NCBI GenBank assembly: GCA_030390025.1
Contig: CM059431.1
Span: 118,174,001 to 118,238,000 of the forward strand
Source of the DNA: Squalus acanthias
Lineage: Eukaryota
Reading direction: 5' to 3'
Length of the DNA stretch: 64,000 nucleotides
The notes below the pieces were generated by a model. It made no database searches, had not been told where the DNA came from, and saw only the letters and a list, made by a program, of their open reading frames with translations. Below are positions 25,586 through 38,497 of the stretch, piece by piece. Made by a program: the position numbers and the translations under genes. The stretch's first letter is position 1; every line of letters starts with the position of its first letter.

Positions 25586-25622
25586 AGTTCTGATGAAAGG
25601 TCATCGACCTGAAACGTCAACT
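25586..25622 (+). ncRNA. Minimal type I hammerhead ribozyme motif
   Basis: AGTT-CTGATGA-A-AGGTC-ATC-GACCT-GAAA-CG-TC-AACT: stem I AGTT/AACT, stem II AGGTC/GACCT, conserved core, GUC triplet. Confidence 0.8.
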
Positions 25623-26658
25623 CTCTTTCTCTCTCCACGGATGCTGCCTGGCCTGCTGAGTTTTTCCAGCGTTTTCTGTTGTTATTTCGGATTTCCAGCA
25701 TCCGCAGTATTTTGCTATCGTATTTTTATTTCAAGGGGGTTGGAGTATAAAAGCAGGGAAGTCCTGCTATAATTGTACAGGGTATTGGTGAGACCACACC
25801 TTGAGTACTTTGTTCAGTTTTGGTCTCCTTATTTAAGGAAGGATATACTTGCATTGGAGACAGTTCAGAGACGATTCACTAGGTTAATTCCAGAGATGAG
25901 GGGTTTGACTTATGAGGAAAGTTTGAGCAGGCTGGGCCTATACTCACTGGAATTTAGAAGAATGAGAGGTGATCTTATCGAAACATATAAGATGCTGAGG
26001 AGGCTCGACAGGGTAGATGCAGAGAGGATGTTTCCCCTCATGGGGAAATCTAGAACTCGGGGGTATAGTCTCAGAATAAAGGGTCGCCCTTTTAGAACTG
26101 AAATGAGGAGGAACTTCTTCTCTCAAAGGGTTGTAAATTTGTGGAATTCTCTGCCCCAGAGAGCTGTGGAGGCTGAGTCATTAAATACATTTAAGGAGGA
26201 GATAGACAAATTTTTGCAAGATAAGGGAGTGAAGGGTTATGGGGAGCGGGCTGGGAAGTGGCTTTGAGCGCTAGATCAGCCATGATCTTATTGAATGGCG
26301 GAGCAGGCTCGAGGGGCCAAGTGGCCTATCCTGATCCTATTTCTTATGTTCTTATGTTCTTAGGTTCTCTGTATCACCCCGAGTTAATTGATTTGGACTG
26401 GTGAGTGCCAGTGATGGTGTCTGTGACAGAGAGGGGCAATTTCTGCCGGCAGTGCCAGGTGCTGACAGTCCTAGATTAATAAAATTAGGGAACCTCCCTC
26501 AGCTTCAGGCGGTCCTTTCGGGTCAGCAGCAGAGGTTCCCAGGAAGCGCATCCCAGAACTTATGTCAGGATGCTGCTCCCACAGGTGTTCAAGGCCCCAT
26601 TATGTGACTGCAAGACATGAATATGCAAACCAAGTAGAATTAATTAAAGTAACTTAAA

Positions 26659-27111
26659 TAAAAGCAGAAAATAATGGAAATACTCAGCAGGTCAGGCAGC
26701 ATCTGTGGAGAGAGAAACAGAGTTAACGTTTCAGGTCGATGACCCTTCGTCAGAACTGGAAAAGATTAGAGATACAAGAAGTTTTAAGCAAGTACAGAGA
26801 CAGGGAAAGGAGGGAGGGGAGGAAAGAACAAAAGGAAATGTCTGTGATAGTGTGGAAGGACAGGAGTGATTAACTGACAAAAGGGATGATGGTGCAAGGT
26901 GAAAGGAGATGGCACTGGGACAAGTAAAGAAACAAAAGATGGGTCTAGGGGAGCTGTAAATGGGAATAGCAGAATCATCAACAGCTGCCATCCGAAGAAA
27001 TGCGGGCAGAGATTATGATCTGAAATTGTTGAACTCAATGTTGAGTCCAGAAGGCTGTAAAGTGCCTCATAGAAAGATGAGATGCTGTTCCTCGGGCTTA
27101 CTTTGAGCTTC
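26659..27111 (-). mobile_element. Penelope 3' fragment with a hammerhead motif at 26721-26757
   Basis: Reverse complement of the Penelope ORF end and 3' region. Confidence 0.88.
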
Positions 27112-27435
27112 ACAAGTAATTTAGACTGCTAAGGAAGAAAATTACGCAGAGGAGCTTCCAGGTGTAAGCATATAAAAATATATGACAGCAAGATACTTAA
27201 ACACACACTCCACAACCCATAACAAAATAGTTAACCAGAATCACCTGTGCAACAAAAATGAAAATTACAATTCAAAATGGAAAAGATGTAGACCTAAAGA
27301 AGATAACACAAGAAAAAGATTTACAATACATTGAAGGAAAATGAAAACTTAACTGTTATGCTTAGAAATTGGACCTTGTTGCGGCTGTTTAATGGGCATA
27401 AAATGGGCGCAACGAGGGCCAATTTCTGAGACTAA

Positions 27436-29188
27436 GGCTGCAATTTTCCCTACCGCGGCGGGTCCGTGGCGGGCGATGTCAGTGGCGGGTCGCGGACCCG
27501 CTGCTGTCTCCATACTGGCCTCCGATATGACGTTCCCCTGATTGGGCTTGTTAAGCCCGCCCAGCGAGTTTCCCAGCCAATTGAAGGAAGCGGGTCTGAT
27601 GAAATCATTTGATGACGTGTCATCAGCATGTTTCCTTTTAGGGACCAGGGCCAAATTTACTTTGACATTTGTGCTGTCAGTTTTCTACAACATTGAGGTG
27701 CTGCAAATACTGACAAGCACTGCACAGAGGTGCAGGGCTGCACCCAGGCTCTGCCATGACTCCCTCCGTATGCTTATGGAGGGAGTCACAGCACGCAGGG
27801 AGGTACTCTGCCCTTCCAATGGGTGGAAGAGACCTCCCCAGGAGATCAACGCAGCCTGGATGCACATTGCACAGGAGGACACAAGCAGGGATGTCATTAG
27901 GAGGACCAGACTGCAGTGGCGCAAACCTTTCAATGATCTCAGTACATCACCAAATGTTACTGCAAAGCCACACTCACCCTCATCCTGCTGTGCCACTCAT
28001 CACATCCCCATCACTCTGCCTTCCCTACCCTACTCCTGCACATCCTTACTCACACCAACTTACCTTGCACCTCCACCCATCCCTCTCTATCTACATTATC
28101 ACATCCCCATCTCACTAGCCACCCCTCACGCTCATCCTAGTCCAATCATACCAACTAACAACACACAAGGGTAGGCACTTGTGTATTTTACCCAATGTTT
28201 ATGAGAAGTTTCTGTTAATGTGCTGTCAAACATTGAAATCTTTATTTTCAGCACTTTGCATTCTTGGACAGATTTGTGTGCACCTTTGGAAGTGGCTTAG
28301 TGAGTTGCAGTGAATGGTGAAACATATCAGTACCCCCCGCAATGGTGATGAGTGTGAAAGGAATCGCTTGGGCGTTGTAGAGATGCTTTATGTTGTTGGT
28401 GTGGTGTGGTGCCAACCTGGCATATCATGCCAGGGTTTACAGCATCAAATTAAGTAAATGTGGCCATGGTGAGGCCATCCCTGGCCTCCTGGGCAGCTTT
28501 GTGGTCGGGTGCTGAAGCCCTCTCTCCTGTGCAGCATCAGGTGATTGTAGAGAAGGTTGGTGGTATTGTTGGTGCTGCTGGTGTGCCTGGTGATGCTGGT
28601 GTTGGGGCTGATCATGGTCAGATTCTGAGGACCAAGGTGAGAGAGTATAAAGTACACCCATGCTGACGGAATAGATGGCAGGTGAAGTAGAGAGGACAGA
28701 AGCGATCTGGCAAAGGTGGGAGAGGTAATGACCGGATGGAGACTTGTGTAAAGACTTGCAGCATTCTGAATCTGTAGAGGAAATGCAGTTTAGAGAAGCT
28801 AGTGGTTAAGGGAACATATCTCAATCAGCTGGGAGCTTTGTCTTGACATTTGAAGCTGTCAACTCATCAGCTGATTCAATGGCCACTGACCTTCTGCCTT
28901 AGCTTAACAGAAGAGGTCCAGGCACAGCGGGAAACCGGTGGGTGACCTGACAAATCAAAAAGCTGGGGGGAAAAAACATTGTTAAGTGGCTGTAAACAAG
29001 CCACTAATGATTTGAATTGGCTCCCCTGCCACTGCCTGTCGGGTCTGCTCAGCACTGGCAGACCCGACATCGGGAAATGCAGGTGTGCGCGTTATGACAG
29101 CGAGTTCCTGACCCACTGCCAATCATTTTAAATTTCTTAGCTGACCTGTCACCCAACCCGTCCACTGAACGCTGGCAAAATCATGGCC
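27436..29188 (+). mobile_element. Internally deleted PIF/Harbinger element with a Myb/SANT-like exon
   Basis: TAA TSD (27433-27435, 29189-29191); ends GGCTGCAATTTT and AAAATCATGGCC; homologous to 14410-16635. Confidence 0.9.
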
Positions 29189-29242
29189 TAAAATCCTGCA
29201 TCCCAAGGAGTCCTGAAATCTGTCCAACCTGATATTGGGTCA

Positions 29243-30862
29243 ATAGCAAAATACTGCGGATGCTGGAAATCTGAAATAACAGAAAATGCTGGAAACACTC
29301 AGCAGGCCAGGCAGCATCCATGAAGAGAGAAACAGAGTTAAGGTTTCAGGTCTGGGACCCTTCGTCAGAACTGGAAAAAGTTAGAGATGTAACAGGTTTT
29401 AAGCAATTGCAGAGGCAGGGAAAGGGGGAGGGGAAGAAAGAACAAAAGAGACGGTCTGTGATAGGGTGGAAGGCAGGAGTGATTAAATGTTGCAAATGGG
29501 GATGGCAGAATCATCAACAGCTGCCATGTGAAAAAATAGGGGCAGAGGTTATAGTCTGAAATTGTTGAACTCAGTGTTGAGTCCAGAAGGCTGTAAAGTG
29601 CTTAATCGAAAGATGAGTTGCTGTTCCTCGAGCTTATGTTGAGCTTCATTGGAACAGTGTAAGAGGCCGAGGACAGAAAGATCAGAGTGGGAGTGGAGTG
29701 GAGAATTAAAGTGACAAGCGACCGGAAGCTCGGGGTCACCCTTACGGACTGAACGGAAGTGTTCCGCAAAGCGATCACCCAATCTGCATTTGATCTCCCC
29801 AATGTAGAGGAGACCACATCGTGAGCAGCGAATACAGTATACTAAATTGCAAGAAGTACAAGTAAATCATTGTTTCACCTGGAAGGGGTGTTTGGGGCCC
29901 TGGACAGTGGGAAGGGAGGAGGTAAAAGGGCAGGTATTGCATCTCCTGTGCTTGCACGGGAAGGTGCTGTGGGGAGGGGAGGGGCTGTTGGGGGTGATTG
30001 AGGAGTGGACCAGGGTGTTGTGGAGGGAGCGGTCCCTTCGGAATGCTGAAAGGGGAGGGGAGGGGAAGATGCATTTGGTGGTGGAATCACGCTGGAGGTG
30101 GTGGAAATGGCAGAGGATGATCCATTGAATGTGGAGGCTGGTGGGGTGAAAGGTGAGGACAAGGGGAACCCTATCGTGGTTCTGGGAGGGAGAAGGAGTG
30201 AGAGCAGAAGTGCGGAAAATGGAATGGACACGGTCGAGGGCCATGCCAATCACGGTAGAGGGGAATCCTCGGTTGAGGAAGAAGGAAGACATATCGGAAG
30301 CACTAGTGTAGAAGGTGGCATTGTCAGAACAGATGCGGCGGAGACGGAGAAACTGGGAGAATAGAATAGAGTCCTTACAGGAAGCTATGGGAGTCAGTGG
30401 GCTTGCAGTGGATGTTTGTCGATAGCCTATCCCCAGAAATGGATACAGAGAAGTCAAGGAAGGGAAGGGAAGAGTCGGAGATGGATCATGTGAAGGTGAG
30501 GGAAGGGTGGAAATTGGAAGCAAAGTGAATGAAATTTTCCAGTTCAGGGCGAGAGCAGGAAACGGCACCAATACAGTCATCAATGCACTGGAAAAAGAGG
30601 TGAGGGAGGGGAACTGAGTATGACTGGAACAAAGTGTGTTCCACATATCCATTGCAACATTTAACCACTCCAGCCTTCCACCCTAGCACAGACCGTTCCT
30701 TTTATTATTTCTTCCCCTCCCCCTTTCCCTGCTTCTGCACCTGTTACATCTCTAACTTTTTCCAGTTCTGACGAAGGGTCACAGACCTGAAATGTTAACT
30801 CTGTCTTTCTCTCCACGGATACTGCCTGGCCTGCTGAGTGTTTCCAGCATTTTCTGTTATTT
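29243..30862 (-). mobile_element. Penelope element with an inverted copy of its 3' region at the 5' end
   Basis: Minus ORF fragments 29549-30689; 30651-30862 is the 3' region on the plus strand. Imperfect TSD CTGATATTGGG/CTGATACTGGG. Hammerhead motifs at 29336-29372 (-) and 30764-30800 (+). Confidence 0.9.
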
Positions 30863-32706
30863 CTGATACTGGGCAGGTCAGTGTCTGGTGAAGCTACTTA
30901 AAACAGATGTTAGGCCCCTAGCATAAGGGGAAATGTAGCTGTCAAAAGGGTAGATGTAGCAATATTAAATAATAAGTTTTTGCAGTTTGAGTGGCTGTGT
31001 GCTACTTCCTGCTACTGCAAGAGTTTTCTTCAGTAATTTCAAGGTTCTTTGGTATCAGGGAGTGTTGTGGCAACGACAAAACTCCATAATTATTTCTGAA
31101 AAGCTTCAACCTACAACACTTGCTAAAAGTCATGGGGGTTGCACTGGCAGTGGACCTCACCCTCCAGGATCTATGGCAGAGGGAGCGGAGGCAGCGAGAC
31201 AATCGGCCTTCCGATCGGGCTGTCCATGACCAGCTCATCAAACTCCGATTAGCATGAAGGAAACCCCAGAACCCCATAGCTCACCACATCCCCATTATAC
31301 AATCCCTGTCTCATGCCATATCACAGCATCCTCAAGGTGAAATGAGAAAGACCACAAAATAGTTCAAACACAATTAATAACTTTATCTGTAAACATGTAA
31401 CAGATATTACATGAATTCTAATAACTAATGACCCTTGTGCCTGTCATTGTGTGCAATGTGTGAGATGTGGGTTTGAGTGTTGCTAGGTAGAGATTGTTGG
31501 TGGGTGAGTGCTAGGGGTGGGGTGCATTGAGCAGTGTGTGAAGCTTGTGGTACAGATGGTGGCATGTAGCATTTGTTGAAGCCTTCACTCACCCTGACCA
31601 CCCGTGTAAGGTCATTTAAATTTCTTCCTGCACTGGGTGTGGGTCCTGGGGAGCACAATGCTGCTCATGGTGTGGTGTGTCATCTCCCTCCACATAGTCT
31701 GGTCTCCTGCCAGTTGTCAGGTACAGGACCGCCTGCCTTCTCTCAGCTGCTAAAAGCAATGCCTCCAAAGCTTCATCAGAAAACCTCTGGGCTCTCTCCC
31801 TGGGGTGGCGATCTACCAACAGGATTTGTAATTAAGTGCTACTTCTCCTTGTCCTTCTTCTTATGATTGTTGAGGCAGTTGCACACCCAACAATGCTGAG
31901 AATGAGGTGCTGCAGCATCAATGAACCTCCCCTTTAAGTAGTGAAAAAAGCCTGTGGCAATCAGTACTTGCGTTTAGACTGCCCCCGATATTGGTCCATT
32001 TTTTCAGTGTAATGCCACTGAGCTTGGGTTTTTAGACGAGAATCATGACTGCAATCATTTTAATGAGGAGGATGAATTTTGCGTGCAGCCTAGAAGATTT
32101 TCAGGTGGTGCTACTTAAACATTTTTCGTCTGAACACTGCTCATTTCTTGACTTTAACAAATTTCTAGCCCATACTATTTCTTCTGAAAGCAAACTCTTA
32201 AATGAGAATATACTACAAACGTTATATATAAAGAACACCCAACACATTTTCATTAACAAATTAAGAAAAGCATATCTTATCAATGATACTGAGAAAACAA
32301 CAACATTTAAATTTTCCGACAAAATCTCCCATCTGGAAATACACTTTCCCATTAACTTTAACAGTGATTTCTTTGTGCAATCTAAAGGAGACTTCAACAG
32401 TGATCTTGACTTTGAATTACTTGAAAATATTTTTGAACCTGAATTAACAGAACTTGGTCAAGAAAATATCCACCCTCCTGACGGAAATATCAAATTAAAT
32501 AGCTAGACTGCTCCAGAAAATAATCACTGATACTGACATACTAACCACAGAGTAAGAGCAACTGACACTAGATGAGGTGAGGATAACTTTATGAACCACA
32601 AGAAAACATGCAGGGCCTAATACTCCAAAAGTTTGATAGGGTATAAACTTGGTGTAACTAACTGGGGGAATTGTTGTGTTTCATTGCGCTGTTAGATTGA
32701 GGCTTA

Positions 32707-33442
32707 GCGGGAGTAATTCGATGGCGCTCTCTTTGGGGCGCTAACTTCGCTGGAGTGCTACTTTTAGCGCCCCGAAGAAGTTAGTGCCACTGTACCATAA
32801 TTTTAGTGGTAGCGCCCCAAGCAGTAGGCAGGGCGCTACTGGAAGTGCTCCCCCTCCTTGGTGCGCTGCCAGTGAATTTTGCAGTGCTACGTGCAACAGT
32901 GCCACACGCGTTGGCACGTAGTGCTGCGCCATTGCAGGCCTCCCTCCCCTGATTAAAGGGGAGGGGCCTAGCGCTGCACGCACCGGGGCCCTGTTGGACC
33001 ACCGGGGAGCGGGGTGTTGGGAAAACAGACCAGCACTCAAGAGTAGTGCCGGGCTGAGCGATCGCGGCCGGCACCCCGAAGAAAAAAGGGGAAGGGGGCA
33101 GGTGCTGCCAGTCGGCCAAAAAAAATGGCCGCCCGACACCTGCCCTTTAACCTGCGCCACCGCGGCTGCAAAAACGCCACCCTGATCCTGTTGGACATAT
33201 CGTCTGGTGATAGGTCAGGGGGTGCAACCGATGTTTGCGGCTGGGGCGCGAGCAGGGCGCTGCACACGGCGATGACATCATCGCTGGCGGCGCAACGCTA
33301 CCAGCTACCGCCGCCGCTAACCTCCCACTGAATTTCACGGGAGGCGTCAGCGACGCCGCGCCTGGGCGAAAGGAGCTTTGTGCCCAGTTAGCGTCCCCCG
33401 GGGACGCTAACGGGAGGCGTAAAGCAATCGAATTTCGCCCCC
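32707..33442. mobile_element. CpG-rich MITE (duplicate of 21645-22380)
   Basis: Offset +11062. Confidence 0.75.
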
Positions 33443-35195
33443 TCAGGGTTTAGATATTAGAGTCTTCTAACTTCATTTCGAAGTCTCTTGCGAGACTGTG
33501 TCTTGTTTGGTGACTTTCCCTGAAGTGAAGTGGAAAGGCTACAAAATGTTTTTTTCCCCATGGGGATTCCCATTATTTATCATTGATTTGTTCGAGGAGA
33601 AAGTGTAGGAGGAACAGCAGGCAAACAGAGAAACCTGGTTTATAAAGAATTACCACAGGTGGTGTAGACCTTGCTGGGGATACCCAGCCAACAGTATATA
33701 AACCACAGAAGATCATTCTTCAATATATCCACAAAGTTATGAGTCAGGAGCTTGTGTTCTGTGGGACATATGCAGAAGGCTACCACTCACTATAGGATGC
33801 TCTGAATTGTAGAGAAGCCTACTCTGACCATGCTGCAAAGGATGCATTAGACTCTGCTTTTTTTTCTGTTATCTGCTGCACATCTTGGCAAAGTATTGGC
33901 AGTGCCTTCGTATGGTTCTGATGTTCTGTGAGCATTTGTCTTTTCATGACAGGTTTTCTGAGATCATCACCTGAATACTCAGCAGCCAGGGTCCAACATT
34001 TCCTAAGCCTCCACTCAGGTACATCAGGCTCCACCTCTATACCTCATCCACTGGCTTGCTTGTGAGTTGTGAATCTGCCTATGCCAATTCCTCATCTGTC
34101 TTCACTGAAGAAGACACTAACAACATCCCAATAATGGATAATCAGGAGGCCAGAGGGAGTGGGGAACTAAAGACAATCACTATCACTAAGGAAATAGTAC
34201 TCGGTAAAATAATGGGACTAAAAGACGACAAGTCCCCTGGACCAGATGGCCTGCATCCCAGGGTCTTAAAAGAAGTGGCTGCAGAGATAGTGGGTGCATT
34301 GGTTGCAATATATCAAAATTCCCTGGACTCTGGAGAGGTCCCAGCAGATTGGAAAACCGTTAATGTAACACCCCTATTTAAGAAAGGAGGGAGACAGAAA
34401 GCAGGAAACTATAGACCAGATAGCCTAACATCTGTCGTTGGGAAAATGCTGGAGTCCTTCATTAAGGAAGCAGTAGCAGGGCATTTAGAAAAACATACTG
34501 CAGTCAAACAGAGTCAGCATGGTTTTAGGAAAGGGAAATCATGTTTAACAAATTTGCTGGAGTTCTTGGAGAATGTAACAAGCAGGGTGGACAAGGGTGA
34601 GCCAGTGGATGTGGTGTATTTGGATTTCCAGAAGGCATTCGATAAGGTGCCACATAAAAGGTTACTGCATAAGATAAGAGCTCACAGAGTTGGGGGTAAT
34701 ATATTAACATGGATAGAGAATTGGCTAACTGACAGAAAGCAGAGAGTTGGGATTAATGGGTCATTTTCTGGTTGGCAAACGGTAACTAGTGGGGTGCCAC
34801 AAGGATCGGTGCTGGGGCCCCAACTATTTACAATCTACATTAATAACTTGGATGAAGGGATCGAGTGTAATGTAGCCAAGTTTGCGGATGATACAAAGAT
34901 GGGTGGGAAAGCAAGTTGTGCAGAGGACTCAAAGAATCTGCAAAGGGATATAGACAGGCTAGGTGAGTGGGCAAACATTTGGCAGATGGAGTATAATGTG
35001 GGAATGTGCGAGGTTATCCACTTTGGCAGGAAAAATAAAAAAGCAAACTATTATTTAAATGGAGAGAAATTACAAAATCAACAGTTCAGAGGGACCTGGG
35101 GGTCCTTGTGCATGAAACACAAAAAGTTAGCATGCAGGTACAGCAAGTAATCAAAAAGGCAAATAGAATGTTGGCCTTTATTTCAAGGTGTTGCT

Positions 35196-36371
35196 ATGGG
35201 TACCCGCATGGGTCCTAGCTATGCCTGCCTTTTCGTGGGATATGTGGAACACTCTTTGTTCCAGTCCTACTCGGGTCCCCTCCCTCACCTCTTTTTCCGG
35301 TACATTGATGACTGTATCGGTGCCGTCTCCTGCTCTCGCCCTGAACTAGAACATTTCATTCACTATGCTTCCAATTTCCACCCTTCCCTCACCTTCACAT
35401 GGTCCATCTCCGACTCTTCCCTTCCCTTCCTCGACTTCTCCATCTCCATCTCTGGGGATAGGTTATTGACTAACATTCACTACAAGCCCACCGACTCCCA
35501 CAGCTACCTGGACTACACTTCCTCCCACCCCGCCTCCTGTAAGGACTCTATTCCATTCTCCCAGTTTCTCCGTCTCCGCCGCATCTGCTCTGATGATGCC
35601 ACCTTCCATACCAGTGCTTCCGACATGTCTTCCTTTTTCCTCAACCGAGGATTCCCCTCTACCGTGGTCGACACGGCCCTCGACCGTGTCCGTTCTATCT
35701 CCCGCACATCTGCCCTCACCCCTGCCCCTCCCTCCCGGAACCACGATAGGGTTCCCCTTGTCCTCACCTTTCACCCCACCAGCCTCCACATTCAACGGAT
35801 CATCCTCCGCCATTTCCGCCACCTCCAGCGTGATCCCACCACCAAACACATCTTCCCCTCACCTCCCCTTTCAGCATTCCGCAGGGACCGCTCCCTCCGC
35901 GACACCCTAGTCCACTCCTCTACCACCCCCAGCACCCCTTCCCCTTCGCCCGGCACCTTCCCGTGCACGCGCAGGAGATGCAACACATGCCCTTATACCT
36001 CCCCTCTTCCCACTGTCCAGGGCCCCAAACACCCCTTCCAGGTGAAACAGCGATTTACTTGTACTTCCTGCAATTTAGTATACTGTATTCGCTGCTCACG
36101 ATGTGGACTCCTCTACATTGGGGAGACCAAACGCAGATTGGGTGACCGCTTTGCGGAACACCTCCGTTCAGTCCGTAAGGGGGACCCCGAGCTCCCGGTG
36201 GCCTGTCACTTTAATTCACCGCTTCACTCCCACTCTGACCTCACCGTCCTCGGCCTATTACACTGTTCCACGGAAGCTCAGCGTAAGCTCGAGGAACAGC
36301 ACCTCATCTTTCGTTTAGGCACGCTACAGCCCTCTGGACTCAATATCGAGTTCAACAATTTTAGATCATAA
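35196..36371 (+). CDS. Penelope RT/GIY-YIG ORF, C-terminal part (duplicate)
   Basis: 391 aa; one H/R difference from copy 1. Confidence 0.9.
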   Translation: MGTRMGPSYACLFVGYVEHSLFQSYSGPLPHLFFRYIDDCIGAVSCSRPELEHFIHYASNFHPSLTFTWSISDSSLPFLDFSISISGDRLLTNIHYKPTDSHSYLDYTSSHPASCKDSIPFSQFLRLRRICSDDATFHTSASDMSSFFLNRGFPSTVVDTALDRVRSISRTSALTPAPPSRNHDRVPLVLTFHPTSLHIQRIILRHFRHLQRDPTTKHIFPSPPLSAFRRDRSLRDTLVHSSTTPSTPSPSPGTFPCTRRRCNTCPYTSPLPTVQGPKHPFQVKQRFTCTSCNLVYCIRCSRCGLLYIGETKRRLGDRFAEHLRSVRKGDPELPVACHFNSPLHSHSDLTVLGLLHCSTEAQRKLEEQHLIFRLGTLQPSGLNIEFNNFRS

Positions 36372-36647
36372 CCTCAGCTCCAATCACATTTATATTTTAT
36401 TTTATCCACCCTTTTATTTGTCCCCCCCACCTTTTTTTTCCTCCTAGAAGCTGGCAGCTGTCCTTCATTCTGCCAGTGGATTTCACACTTCATTCAGCCT
36501 TAATCTGTCACATTAACACCACCTCTAGCCTTGCATATCTCTTAATGTCTCTTAATGTCTCTTCATCTCCTCCTTTGTTCCTTTATCCCCTCCCCCTTTT
36601 CCCAGCTTTACCCTGGCCTTAAATCTATTTGATTTCCAGCTCTTCCC

Positions 36648-36684
36648 AGTTCTGATGAAAGGTCATCGACCTGAAACGTCAACT
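36648..36684 (+). ncRNA. Minimal hammerhead ribozyme motif (duplicate)
   Basis: Identical to 25586-25622. Confidence 0.8.
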
Positions 36685-37720
36685 CTCTTTCTCTCTCCAC
36701 GGATGCTGCCTGGCCTGCTGAGTTTTTCCAGCGTTTTCTGTTGTTATTTCGGATTTCCAGCATCCGCAGTATTTTGCTATCGTATTTTTATTTCAAGGGG
36801 GTTGGAGTATAAAAGCAGGGAAGTCCTGCTATAATTGTACAGGGTATTGGTGAGACCACACCTTGAGTACTGTGTTCAGTTTTGGTCTCCTTATTTAAGG
36901 AAGGATATACTTGCATTGGAGACAGTTCAGAGACGATTCACTAGGTTAATTCCAGAGATGAGGGGTTTGACTTATGAGGAAAGTTTGAGCAGGCTGGGCC
37001 TATACTCACTGGAATTTAGAAGAATGAGAGGTGATCTTATCGAAACATATAAGATGCTGAGGAGGCTCGACAGGGTAGATGCAGAGAGGATGTTTCCCCT
37101 CATGGGGAAATCTAGAACTCGGGGGTATAGTCTCAGAATAAAGGGTCGCCCTTTTAGAACTGAAATGAGGAGGAACTTCTTCTCTCAAAGGGTTGTAAAT
37201 TTGTGGAATTCTCTGCCCCAGAGAGCTGTGGAGGCTGAGTCATTAAATACATTTAAGGAGGAGATAGACAAATTTTTGCAAGATAAGGGAGTGAAGGGTT
37301 ATGGGGAGCGGGCTGGGAAGTGGCTTTGAGCGCTAGATCAGCCATGATCTTATTGAATGGCGGAGCAGGCTCGAGGGGCCAAGTGGCCTATCCTGATCCT
37401 ATTTCTTATGTTCTTATGTTCTTAGGTTCTCTGTATCACCCCGAGTTAATTGATTTGGACTGGTGAGTGCCAGTGATGGTGTCTGTGACAGAGAGGGGCA
37501 ATTTCTGCCGGCAGTGCCAGGTGCTGACAGTCCTAGATTAATAAAATTAGGGAACCTCCCTCAGCTTCAGGCGGTCCTTTCGGGTCAGCAGCAGAGGTTC
37601 CCAGGAAGCGCATCCCAGAACTTATGTCAGGATGCTGCTCCCACAGGTGTTCAAGGCCCCATTATGTGACTGCAAGACATGAATATGCAAACCAAGTAGA
37701 ATTAATTAAAGTAACTTAAA

Positions 37721-38173
37721 TAAAAGCAGAAAATAATGGAAATACTCAGCAGGTCAGGCAGCATCTGTGGAGAGAGAAACAGAGTTAACGTTTCAGGTCG
37801 ATGACCCTTCGTCAGAACTGGAAAAGATTAGAGATACAAGAAGTTTTAAGCAAGTACAGAGACAGGGAAAGGAGGGAGGGGAGGAAAGAACAAAAGGAAA
37901 TGTCTGTGATAGTGTGGAAGGACAGGAGTGATTAACTGACAAAAGGGATGATGGTGCAAGGTGAAAGGAGATGGCACTGGGACAAGTAAAGAAACAAAAG
38001 ATGGGTCTAGGGGAGCTGTAAATGGGAATAGCAGAATCATCAACAGCTGCCATCCGAAGAAATGCGGGCAGAGATTATGATCTGAAATTGTTGAACTCAA
38101 TGTTGAGTCCAGAAGGCTGTAAAGTGCCTCATAGAAAGATGAGATGCTGTTCCTCGGGCTTACTTTGAGCTTC
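37721..38173 (-). mobile_element. Penelope 3' fragment (duplicate)
   Basis: Offset +11062. Confidence 0.88.
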
Positions 38174-38497
38174 ACAAGTAATTTAGACTGCTAAGGAAGA
38201 AAATTACGCAGAGGAGCTTCCAGGTGTAAGCATATAAAAATATATGACAGCAAGATACTTAAACACACACTCCACAACCCATAACAAAATAGTTAACCAG
38301 AATCACCTGTGCAACAAAAATGAAAATTACAATTCAAAATGGAAAAGATGTAGACCTAAAGAAGATAACACAAGAAAAAGATTTACAATACATTGAAGGA
38401 AAATGAAAACTTAACTGTTATGCTTAGAAATTGGACCTTGTTGCGGCTGTTTAATGGGCATAAAATGGGCGCAACGAGGGCCAATTTCTGAGACTAA

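Larger units (their letters stand above)
24127..25724 (+). mobile_element. Penelope-like retroelement, 5'-truncated
   Basis: Flanked by TTTATTTCAAGG at 24115-24126 and 25725-25736; contains the RT-GIY-YIG ORF and a 3' hammerhead motif. Confidence 0.95.
23030..26362 (+). mobile_element. 5'-truncated CR1 LINE with a Penelope insertion
   Basis: ORF 22994-24088 (KSPGPDG, YLDFQKAFDKV, FADDTK) continues in 25773-26267; (TTCTTATG)n tail. Confidence 0.95.
19914..30978. repeat. Tandem duplication, copy 1 (unit 11,062 bp)
   Basis: Every ORF recurs at +11062; GTT microhomology at the junction. Confidence 0.98.
35189..36786 (+). mobile_element. Penelope-like element (duplicate of 24127-25724)
   Basis: Offset +11062; same TSD. 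Confidence 0.95.
34092..37424 (+). mobile_element. CR1 LINE (duplicate of 23030-26362)
   Basis: ORFs 34056-35150 and 36835-37329. Confidence 0.95.
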
